A stretch of 64,000 nucleotides of DNA from the human T2T-CHM13v2.0 reference genome, Homo sapiens. The notes under the pieces were generated by a model. That model was not told where the DNA came from and did not search any database. It worked only from the letters and a program-made list of their open reading frames with translations. Both the position numbers and the translations under genes were made by a program. Below, piece after piece: positions 49,155-64,000 of this stretch; positions within the stretch are counted from its first letter, which is position 1; the number at the start of each line of letters is the position of its first letter. The stretch lies in NCBI RefSeq assembly GCF_009914755.1, contig NC_060944.1; one strand, 5' to 3'.

Positions 49155-50471
49155 ACATAAATTGCACAAAACATTATATAGTGCACATCGTCTGGTCATT
49201 ACCTAGTACATAGCAACCATTTATTGAGCACCAACTAAGTGTGCTGCAATAGGGCCAAGTGCTTTATACGCCATTGAATAATCACCCTCTCTAGGAATAG
49301 GCTATTGCTATTAACTAAATTTTGTATTCTATAGGGAAGAAAACTGAGGCTCAAAGAGTGCCTCACTCAAGGTTGTATTAGATCACTTTCTAATTTGTTT
49401 CTTTCTTTATCCTAGCATGTTATTGTGATTGGTGGAGAAAAGAGGAGGTGGGGGATGCCTGCTCCACATGATCACTTTAGCCTTCTTTGACCTCAAGATT
49501 CTCCATTCCTCAAGCTCTCAAGTGTGTGCATCAAGTTGCTAAAAATGGAGTCACTGAACAAGAAAGATAGGTTTTGAACTTAGAGTCGTATGCATGTGGC
49601 AAAGTAGCAGTGATGTTAGCTCAGAAAACCACTGATGCCCAATCAGGAAGGCTTGGCTCAGCCAATGTGTGATGCTGTTGTTCATGGCATAACGGCTCTC
49701 ACACCTGGGGGATGAGAAAGGTTAGCACATGTTCTCCACTAAAACCATCCCCGACTTCGCCAAGTGCCACACAGGAGAGAGGGTCAAAGCTCTGCAACGA
49801 GGATCTTCAACTCTGGCCATTCTTGCTCGCTCATTGTAATCTCTGCTTCTGCCCTGTCTACTTTAAGGTGGGCCCAATCCTACACCAAGTTGTCGAGGAA
49901 AATCTTCCCTCCTCAACTGCTTGGCAGCCTTCTAAAAATAAGCCTTCCAACCTACCAGGGCCACCACACTGCTCAGCAATCATTTCTCTTGTCCTCAGTG
50001 CTCCCTATCATTCCATTCTGCAATGTAGCTGCTCCAAGCTTTTACTACTCTTCCGCCTTCTCTCACATTGTCCCCAGCCCAGCCCCACACTCTCAAGTGA
50101 AGGAAGACGGGAGCTCTTTACATTATTTCCTCTCCACAACACTAAATTTACCTAGGTCTTCCCATTTCTGCTAACTCAAAATTATGCTCTCTGTGGTGCT
50201 CCCAGGTAGCCTAGTGGGATGCAGGAGAAACCACAGAACTCCACGCTGGGCACTTTCCCTCCCTTCATTTTATATGGTACAAAATGTGTAAGAAAAAATA
50301 CCATAGGATTTTTGTTGTAATCCTTTAAAAAATAATTAGCAAGCTTTTTGTGTGTGTGTGTCAGTCTTATTTATAAAAGTTGCTGCTGAGGGCAGTTACT
50401 TCTTTCATATGGATTCCTTGTGGAAGAGATGGACCCTCAGGTCAGGTCACTTCAATTGTGGTCACACCTAA

Positions 50472-50810
<339 letters not shown>

Positions 50811-51532
50811 CAGTTCTGTTTTAATTAACTATATAAATTGTACAAAATTTTTATAAAAGTTATCATCTCTTGAGTCACAGTAGGGTATAAAACATGGCAC
50901 AGAAAACCCTCCGCAGCCAATTTATTTCTATGTTCATCTATTGCAAGAACAAATTGAGCACAGCAGCAGCCATGATAATAGCAGGCATCTGTGCTTTGGG
51001 CTGGTGAAAATAAATTAAATTTGAGGTTGGTCATGAGAGCATGTCAACAGCACTGCCTGTGAATTATTAAAATAAAATTCAAATAAGAGAAAGCAAAAGC
51101 CCTTTCCACAGAACTAAATTAAAGTTTAAATTAAAGCAACATTTTTTTCTTGGCAAAAATTTTCTAATTATTTTCTACCTCTAAGGTTTATTTCCATTAA
51201 TCCTTCCTCTATGCAATTAAACACATGGAAAAATGCACAGTAAAATTTCACTAGTCTAGTTTAAAAGGAAGATATTTGTTTAACAAGGTTTGCAGTGGGC
51301 TTGACAATCAGATGCTTTAAAATGGGTCGACAGAGTGCTGCTTCATTGAGTTTCAGTGTCAGCAAATACTGATAGCTCACCTATTATGTGCTAGAAGCAG
51401 TATTGAGTGACTTAAACATAAATATCCAAAACAGTCCTCCGAGTTGGGTATTATCATTTACATTTTATAGAGAAAATCACAAAACTTCTTTAATATCTGA
51501 CATTTAGTAAGCAGTAGAGATGGAATGGGTTC

Positions 51533-52219
51533 TGTTAGGGGTTAGATTTTGTTCCTTCAAAATTCATATGTTGAAATCCTGACTCCATGTACTTCAGAAT
51601 ATGACTGTACTTGGAGAATCAGTTTTTAAAAAGATTACTAAGTTAAGATGAATTAGGGTGGGTCCTAGAGAAACCAATCCAATTTTCCTCCCAGATAATA
51701 TCAAAAAACTGAAACTTCCTAGATCACTGCGTCCAGACAATAAGACGCCAGGTCCCTTGTCTGAGCACCTGCTGTCTGTTGACCGACTCCTGTATAAACC
51801 CTTAACTTTAATTGGTTGGAGAAACAGATTTGAGACTTGTCCCCCATCTCCTGGCTGATGTCACCTGCAATAAAGCCTTTCGTCCTTGGCAACGCTCATT
51901 TTCTCAGTGATCGGCTTTCTTTGTGGTGAGCAACCGGACCTAGGCCAAACCCCTGGCGTTTGACAACACTAATCCAATATGACTGGTGACCTTACAAGAA
52001 GAGGAGATTATGATACAGACACACAGAAGGCAGATCTTGGGAAGGCACAGGGGGCGGGCGGCCATCTGCAAGCCCAGGAGGGAGGCCTCAGAGGAAACTG
52101 ATCTGCTGACACCTTGATCTCAGGTTCCTAGCCTCCAGAGTTGTGAGAAAATAAATCTTTCCTCTTTAAACCACCTACTCTGCGGTACTTTGCTATGCCA
52201 ACAATAGCAAATTAACACA
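51533..52219 (+). mobile_element. MLT1B-like solo LTR inserted in a MIR
   Basis: caaaattcatatgttgaaatcc...ctaatccaatatgactggtg...cagcctccagag-type motif; perfect TSD ggttc (51528-51532, 52220-52224). Confidence 0.88.
51668..51968 (+). mobile_element. MER39-like ERV1 LTR remnant nested in MLT1B
   Basis: cacctgcaataaagccttt...gacctaggccaaacccctggcgtttgacaaca; splits the MLT1 sequence ggtcc/ctaatcc. Confidence 0.7.
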
Positions 52220-52249
52220 GGTTCAAACTCCACTCTCAGCACCAAAATC

Positions 52250-52570
52250 TATATTAGTTAACTAATGCTGCAGAGGAGATTACCACACTGTTAGTGGCTT
52301 AAAACAATAAATATTTATTGCCTCACAGTCTCTGTGAATCAGAAATTTGGGAGTGGCTTAAATGGACAGTTCTGGCTCATGGTCTCAGGAGGTTGCAGTC
52401 AAACTGTCACCTGCAGGTGCAATCACTGGAAGGTTTAACAGTGGCTGGAGAATCTGCTTCCATCATGGCCTCTCCATGGCTGTTAGGAGGAGTCCTTAGC
52501 TCTTCCTCACATTGGGTATCCTTCCTAGGACTGCTTGAATATTTTCAGGACTTGGTGGCTTCATGTAATT
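52250..52570 (-). mobile_element. MLT1 (E/F-like) LTR fragment
   Basis: ttagtggcttaaaacaataaatatttatt..ctcacagtctctgtgaatcagaaatttgggagtggctta. Confidence 0.7.
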
Positions 52571-53019
52571 TAGAATTTCTTAACTCTCCATGATAACCAA
52601 AATAACAGAGTTTACCCTAGTTTTCTGACACTGGCATCCTTAATTTCCTTTCCAAACTTTCTTCATGAAAGTAGAAAGAAAATTTTACCTAACCTTGACC
52701 CACAAAAAGGGGTGACTAAGTAACTGAGATTTCTGGGCTTAGCTTAACATAGACATGGAAACTGCTCTCTTCCACCTTTAGGGTGTACACGGTGTAGCTT
52801 TGTAGTTAGGCTGTTTTGGTCCAAATCCTGGCTCTGCTTCTTATTAGGTCTTACAGCTTGGACCATTTTTAAAAACTTTTTTTGTGCCTTGGTTTCCTCA
52901 TCTATAAAATAGGATGATAATAATAATAATTTTATACAGATGTAGCAAGGATTCTGTCAGCTAATACTTGCAACTTATTTACTTCCCAAGACTTGCTTTT
53001 CTTTGTGTTCTTTGGATTT

Positions 53020-53093
53020 TTCCTCCCTTTCCCTCCCTTCCTTCCTTCCTTCCTTCCTTCCTTCCTCCCTTCCTTCCTTCCTTCTCTCTCTCC
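53020..53093. repeat. (TTCC)n polypyrimidine repeat
   Basis: Seen directly. Confidence 0.9.
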
Positions 53094-53544
53094 TTGGTCC
53101 AACCAATGGTTTCTACTAGACACTGTAGACATGTGTTAATTTGGTTGTATCACTAAGGTCTAAAAAATATCACTGTGAATTGAATGAAACCTAGAGCATA
53201 AAAATCCAAGGGTTCTTTCTAAGTCAGCTGTTGGTTTTGTGCTTGCTATGGTGTTTGATTGCTCGGTGCTTACTCTTGCTACTTGCTATATGAATATGCA
53301 TATATAAAAGGCCCAGGGCTTGGGGGTTCAGGCTATATTTTACTTTACTCACCATAAATTCCTGTGAAGTTTATATCTTAAAAAAATTCACTAAGAACAG
53401 TCAATAGTCACCCTGAATTCAAAGTTATAAAAAAAATTCAATTAAAAGACATCAGTAAAGCACGTGTTAATTCAGACGAAGGTAAGAAAGCTCAACAAGA
53501 AAATGGTGATTAGGTAGGAACAGAACCAAACTAGTCTTTTGTTA

Positions 53545-53830
53545 TTTTCTTTTTAATAGAGAGAGGGTCTTACTCTCTCACCCAGCCTGGAGTACAGTGG
53601 CACAAACATAGCTCATTACAGGCTTGAACTCCTGGGCTCAAGGGATCCTCCAAAGTTGGTGGGACTACAGGTCCACACCGCCACACCCAGGTAATAATTC
53701 TTCTTCTTCTTCTTTTTTTTTTTTTTTTTTTGTAGAGACAGTTTCACTATGTTGGCCAGGATGGTCTCAAACTCCTGGACTCGGGTGATCCTTCAGCCCT
53801 GGCCTCCCAAAGTGCTGGGATAATAGGCTC
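53545..53830 (-). mobile_element. AluJ with small internal deletion
   Basis: Degenerate dimer; gatcctcc/aaagt collapse. Confidence 0.85.
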
Positions 53831-53866
53831 ACTCCTGTTAATAGAGGCTAAATGTGGATTATCACT

Positions 53867-54256
53867 TGATATGGTTTGGCTCTGTGTCCCACCCAAATCT
53901 CATCTTGAATTGTAATTCCCACATGTCTAGGAAGAGACCTGTAATCCCCATGTGTCAAGGAAGGGAGGTGATTGGATCGGGGTTGGGGCGGGGGCAGTTT
54001 CTCCCATGCTGTTCTCGTGATAGTGAGTGAGTTCTCATGAGATCTGATAGTTTAATAAGTGTTTGGAAATTCCTCCTTCATTCTTCTCTCTCTCCTGCTG
54101 CCATGTGGGGAAGGTCCTTGTTCCCTCTTCCACCATGATTATGGGTTTCCTGAGGCCTCCCCAGCCACGTAGAACTGAGTCAACTAAACCTCTTTCCTTT
54201 ATAAATTACCCAGTCTCGGGTAGTATCTTTACAGTGTGTGAGAATGGACTAATACA
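53867..54256 (+). mobile_element. MSTA/THE1D-like solo LTR
   Basis: tgatatggtttggctctgtgtccc ... gactaataca; perfect TSD tcact. Confidence 0.93.
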
Positions 54257-54334
54257 TCACTTTAATCCATATTTAACCTTGATGGTACCTGCATCATATG
54301 AAAGGGCTGTGTATTTGGTTCATGTAGGTGCCTA

Positions 54335-54790
54335 TGTTATCAGGGGTTCTGGAGCCTGCAAGTCTTATCTCGGGTTGATCTCCAAAAAGAATACTTGCCT
54401 ACATAAAAGTGAATTCAAGTAGCTTATTTAGCAGGTGATCCCAGGCAGCACTGGTAAGAGAGGGGAGGAGTGAGACAGGAAAGAGAAGGAGGGCAAGGAA
54501 GAGTTTGAATTCAGCACATTATCACTGTGGGCAACCAGGAATCAGTCCTGATGGTGACCTTTGGGAGACAATATAGAACATGCCTGAGAGCTGTCCAACC
54601 AAGTGGCAAAGGATCTGGGGTGTTAACCTACTGATTCCTGCCAGTTACTGGTTGGAAACTGTTCCTAGGGAGCATTAGCTCTCCAGCATTCCCAGTGAAC
54701 CCCACACTTGGATTCTCAGGGCTACAGAAAGCCCTCATGCACACATAGGTGCTATGCTCAAGAATTGTGATTGTGAAGGGGATTGTGAAG
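54335..54790 (-). mobile_element. LTR16C-like LTR (ERVL)
   Basis: ttatttagcaggtgatcccaggcagcac...gtgagacagg...ctgtgggcaacc. Confidence 0.65.
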
Positions 54791-56669
54791 GGGGTGCTTC
54801 TTTCCTAGAGTCAGGCTCTAATAGATATAATTTACAGAGATTTATCTTGTTTCTTACTCAATAATTAGTTGATACACAGTGAAAAAACAGGTAAAATGTA
54901 TGCAGCCTAAAACACTGTGGTCATTAGTCACAGAGCACAAATATCCAGAAATTCTAAGAGGCAGCCAAGGCCACCTGAGTCATGACTGTGGCTGGTTCCA
55001 CCCACCACCCTTCTACTTTCCTAATGCTGGGAGATCATTTTTCTTCTTCAAACATTGTATCATGTCTTGCATGGGATATTTGAAAACACTAAAATTTACT
55101 CTTTTTCTGCACCTGGAGATTTTATAGTTATTTTTCTAGTCTACAAAAGTGCCACAATTATAGAATATAAGGGTTTTTTTTTAAATGAATTCTGTCCTTG
55201 TATCAAATATTCAAGCCACAATAAATGTTTCTCAGAATTTCCCTGGTCATTCAAATGTGCATCTTAACTAAAGGTCTGTGACAACTGTTTTCCTTTTGAA
55301 AAATTATTTTTCTTCTTTTAATCGCCTATTTGAAAATATACGATAGTTTAATGTTGAAAAGCTCTTAGTAGGGGGCAGGGCCAAGATGACCAACTAGAAG
55401 CAGTGGTGATCAAAGGCTCCCATCAAAAAAACCATAATAGCATGTGAATCTTGCACCAGCAACTGAGGTAACCAGGTTCTCTCATCAGAACAGTCTAGAT
55501 GACTGGCATTACCTGCGGAGAGGAAAGAAGAGCAGTGTGGTGCAGCTGCCCACCTGACAGCCACACAGGGCCGTGGAGCCCACATCCCCCAGCCAAGGGA
55601 GGTAGTGAGTGAGCATGCTACCCAACCAGGGAAACCGTGCTTTTTCCACGGAACTGTGCAACCCATGTATCAGAAGATCCCACTCATGAACCCATGCCAC
55701 CAGGGCCTTGGGTCCCAACCCTGGAGCCATGCAGATTCTCAACAGCCTCTCAGCTAGAATCTGCTTAAACCTGCTGAGTTTCTGCGGGGAGAGACGACCA
55801 GCACCACAGCTGCAGCTGCCTGCTGTCTAAGCCATTTGAGCCCCTTCGGGGAAGGGCAACAGCCAGCTCTGGGACAGAGAGCTGCCTGACACACTAAGCT
55901 CCCTAGGCAAAGGAAGGGCGTCATCCCTCTCTGCAGCTCCAGGCTGTGCTTTTCCCCTGCTGGAGCCAGGGAGGCTGGATAGCTTGTCCTAAGAAGTGTC
56001 CCCCATAGCCCAACACACCAGCTGTGGCAGACTACAGCCAGAGTGCCTCTTCAGGCCTGACCCTGACCCATCCCTTCTCACTGGGCAGGGACTCCCTGCA
56101 GGAACTCCAACAACTCCAGCCAGGGGCTCAGGGACAGAACTCTGATCTCCCTGGGCCTGAGGCCCTAGAGGGAGGAGTGGTTGCAGTCTCTGCAGACCAG
56201 AAGACAGCATTTCCTCCTGCTAGCTCTGAAGAATCTGGGCAGCCAAGATGAGTGGGTTTCCCCACAGCAAAGCACATCCCCTCCACCAAGGGACAGCCAA
56301 AGTGCTTTGTTAAATGAGTCCTGTTCCCCATGCCACGCAATAGGGTTTGTCAGACACCCTATGCAGGAGCGATCCTACTGGCATCGGGTTGGTGCCCCTG
56401 GAGGTCAGAGATCCCAGAGGAAAGAGCAGGCACCCACCTTTGTTGTTCTCTAGCCTCCTTGAGTGACATCTCCAAGCACATGAGCAAACCAAATGAATAG
56501 GGCCTGAAGTAAACCCCCAGGAAACCGCACCACCCCTTCAGAAAATGCACCTGATCATTGAAGGAAAAACAAACAAACAGAAAGCAACAACAGCATCAAC
56601 AACAAAAAAAGTTCCCACAAAACCCCATCCAAGGGTCAGCAGCTTCAAAGATCAAAACTAGACAAACTC

Positions 56670-57696
56670 ATGAAGATGAGAAAGAATCAATGAAAAAATG
56701 CTGAAAACCCAAAAGGCCAGAGCTCCTCTTCTCCTCCAAATGATCACAATGTCTCTCCAGGAAGGATGCAGACCTGGATAGAGGATGAGATGGATGAACT
56801 GACAGAAGTAGGCTTCAGAAGATGGGTAATAGCAAACTCTGCTGAGCTAAAGGAGCATGTTCTAATCCAATGTAAAGAAGCTAAGAACCTTGATAAAAGG
56901 TTAGAGGAGCTGCTAACTAGAATAACCAGTTTAGAGAGGAACATAAATGACATGATGGAGCTGAAAAACAGCATGTTAACTTTATGAAGCATACACAAAT
57001 ATCAATAGCTGAATTGACCTAGCAGAAAAAAGGATATCAGAATTTGAAGACCATCTTGCTGAAATAAGGCATGCAGACAAGAATAGAGAAAAAAATGAAA
57101 AGGAACAAATGAAGCCTTCGAGAAATACAGAACTGTGTAAAAACACTGAACCTACGATTGATTGGAGTACCTGAAGGAGATGGGGAAAATGGAAACAAGC
57201 TGGAAAACACACTTCAGGATATTATCCAAAAGAACTTCCCCAACCTACAAGACAGGCCAACATTCAAATTCAGGAAATACAGAGAACACCACTAAGATAC
57301 TTCTTAAGAAGATCAACCCCAAGATACATAATCATCAGATTCTCCAAGGTTGAAATGAAGGAAAAAATGTTAAGGGCAACCAGAGAGAAAGGCCAGGTCA
57401 TCTACAAAGGGAAGCCCATCAGACTAACAGCAGATCTCTCTGCAGAAACCCTACAAGCCAGAAGAGAGCAGGGGCCAATATTCAACATTCTTAAGGAAAA
57501 GAATTTTCAACACGGAATTTCATATCCAGCCAAACTAAGCTTCATAAGTGAAGAAGAAATAAAATCCTTTCCAGACAAGCAAATGCTGAGGAATTTCATT
57601 ACCACCAAGCCTGCCTTGCAAGAGCTCCTAAAGGAAGCACTAAATATGGAAAGGAAAAGCAAGTACCAGCTACTGCAAAAACACACCAAAATATAA
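56670..57696 (+). pseudogene. Disrupted L1 ORF1
   Basis: KEKMLRATREKGQVIYKGKPIRLTADLS; early stop and frameshifts. Confidence 0.9.
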
Positions 57697-57759
57697 AGAC
57701 CAATGACACTATGAAGAAACTGCATCAAACAGTGTGCAAAATAACTAGATAGCATAATG

Positions 57760-61438
<3,679 letters not shown>

Positions 61439-61882
61439 AATACGAGAGCACATGGACACAGGGAGGGGAACAATACGTACTAGGCCCTGTTGGGTGGTGG
61501 GGGGCAAGGGAAGGGAACCTAGAGAATGGTTCAATAGGTGCAGCAAACTAACATGGCACACGTATACCTATGTAACAAACATGCACGTTCTGCTCATGTA
61601 TCCTGGAACTTAAAGTAAAAGTAAAAATAAAAATAAATAAATAAAGCTCTTAGTTTATCCTGTAATAGAATATTCTCTCACCTTCTTTTTATTGTCTTGA
61701 TTAAAAAGGACAATTATCATAATTTAAATATGTGTATATAAGAATATTCTCCTCTCAAGGCATATCATCAAATAAAACAATTTTATCAACTTTTTCTATA
61801 AACACATTTAAATATACAGAAAGTCAAAAGAGAAGTTCAATGAGCACATATAACCCCACAACCTGGACTCAGCAATTATTAA

Positions 61883-62210
<328 letters not shown>

Positions 62211-62439
62211 CCTATTTCTTTTTATATATATATATTTTTAGTAGCTGACATCATGAAACATTTTCTCTAAGTATTTTGTCATTTGTTTTCTAAAATAAGA
62301 ATTTTCTCCTACAAAATCACAATATTATTATTCTACCTAAGAAAAGCCACAATCATTTAATAATATTATCTAAACTAGGTAATATTAATATTATCTTGAT
62401 TAGATAACTAGACTATAGTCATATTTCTCCATTTTTACG

Positions 62440-62814
62440 TGTCTAAGTCTGTTTTATGTTGCTGTAACATAATATCACAGACTGGATCATTTATAAAGAG
62501 TAGAAGTTTATTTAACCCCCATTTCTGGAGACTGGGAAGTCCAAGAGCATGGCACCAGCACCCGGTGAGGGCTGTCTTCCTATATCATAACATGGTGAAG
62601 GGTATCACATGGAGAGAGGGCGAGAGTGTGCCAGCTCAGATCCCTTGTCTTCTTCTTATTAAGCCACCAGTCTCATCATGGGGGTCCCACCCTGATGACC
62701 TTATCTAACCCTAATTAACTCTCAAAGGCCCCACCTCCAAATACCATTAATATGTGAATCTGGGGATTAAATTTCCAACACATGAAATTTGGGAGACACA
62801 TTCAAACCACAATA
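62440..62814 (-). mobile_element. MSTD/MLT1A-like solo LTR
   Basis: ctgggaagtccaagagcatggcaccagca...gacacattcaaaccac; flanks ttacg/ttacc. Confidence 0.85.
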
Positions 62815-63413
62815 TTACCTAAAATATCTTTTCTAGAAATATTTTTTCAAACCAGAATGTTTAATCTAGCGTGATCTTCCTCAGATATGTTTTTTTCCCC
62901 ATAGCATTTACTTCTTTAAGAGATCAAACCAGCTATCTTGTGGCATGTCTCTTATTCTAGATTTCTCTCATTGTTTCTTCAAGGTATTTAATTTGTTCCT
63001 ATTTCTCTTGTATGTCTTACAGGCTAGAAAGAAAATCCAAAGGCTTGATTAAATTACAAAGATATTAAACATTGTTGGTAATAATTCTTCATAAATGATG
63101 CTGCCTAATTCATTTTACATTACATCAGGAGGCATATAAAATCAGATGGTCCCACTATTTGTGATAAATGCTGTTGTTGGTTAAGGTGGTGGCTTATGGA
63201 TTTCTCTACCAGAAAGATACATTTCCCATTGCCACTGCCAATCTATGGAGTGATATTCTGGCATAAGTCCTAATATAGTTTTAACTTATATTTTTATAAC
63301 TAGAGGTTGATAAACAATATTGAAGTATATAACTTCTGATTTTTACAAGTTGCTATTGTCCACATAGCATTCATCTCTTTGTTTCTGTATAATAAATGTG
63401 TTCAACTACATTA

Positions 63414-63628
63414 CAGTCAGCAAACTAAAGCCCATGGACCAAATCTGGCCCACTTCCTGTTTTCATAAATAAAGTTTTATTGGGACACAGCCACTCTCAT
63501 TTATTTACATATTATCGTGACCTTTTTTTTTTTTGTATCGTGTCAGCAGAGATGAGTATTGTAACAGAAATCCTATGGCCCACAAAGCCAGAAATATTTA
63601 CTCTTTATAAAAAAAAATTGCCCCCTTC
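63414..63628. mobile_element. MER58A (hAT-Charlie)
   Basis: gtcagcaaact...ccaaatctggccc...aaataaagttttattgggacacagccac...tatggcccacaaagcc. Confidence 0.85.
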
Positions 63629-63739
63629 CCACCCCAGAATTAGACGGTCTCAGATCTCTCTGAGTGCTAGCATTGTATTTTGCATATTCCTGCCAGATTA
63701 TCTAGCACCAAATCTGGCTGGTGAGTACCTAGATTCTTA

Positions 63740-64000
63740 CAATAGCTTTATTGAGGAATAACTGGCATACAATAAGTTGCACATATTTAAAGTGAATAAC
63801 TTGAATAGTCTGACATACTAATATATCTGTGAAAACATCACTATGATCAAGATATTGAATAAATCTGTCACCCACAAGTTTCCTTACATCCCTTTGTCAT
63901 CTCTTTCCCACTCCACAGTAACCATTGGTCAGCTATAGTTACCATAGATTAGTTTGCATCTTCCAGAATGATATATAAAAGGAGTATATACAGTATGTAC
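63740..64000 (-). mobile_element. L1MB/MC-type 3' end, continuing past the window
   Basis: gctttattgaggaataactggcatacaataagttgcacatatttaaagtg. Confidence 0.75.

Noticed and set aside
49712-50174. Two overlapping ORFs (147 and 136 aa) in apparently unique DNA
   Set aside because: Ser/Pro/Leu-rich products of pyrimidine-biased sequence, with no recognisable domain, splice context or pseudogene hallmarks. A BLASTX/PhyloCSF hit would change this.

Overview
This is a primate (probably human or great ape) repeat-dense intergenic or intronic window; AluY and L1PA4/5 copies are present. I found no intact host protein-coding gene, RNA gene or CRISPR-like array. It holds four large LINE-1 copies: an old 3'-truncated L1M (-, ~6190-12330), an L1PA13-15-like element (+, 14513-20186), an L1PA4/5 (-, 32485-38647) and an L1PA8-like element (+, 55370-61642). 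The last three have target-site duplications (TSDs), and all four have broken ORFs. There are also ~16 Alus, about 15 solo LTRs or LTR fragments (THE1/MST/MLT1, MLT2, LTR16, MER4-group, MER52), MIR/L2 relics, hAT DNA transposons and microsatellites. The long ORFs in the track come from L1, Alu or LTR sequence, or look like chance frames. I see no evidence of a new biological system. The most interesting signals are mutational fossils: a complex templated insertion at 28.2-28.8 kb containing a copy of sequence 1.17 kb away, an Alu trimer under one TSD, closely spaced inverted Alu arms, deletion junctions, and a possible L1 antisense-promoter splice acceptor. Subfamily names come from recalled consensus features and need RepeatMasker/Dfam confirmation.
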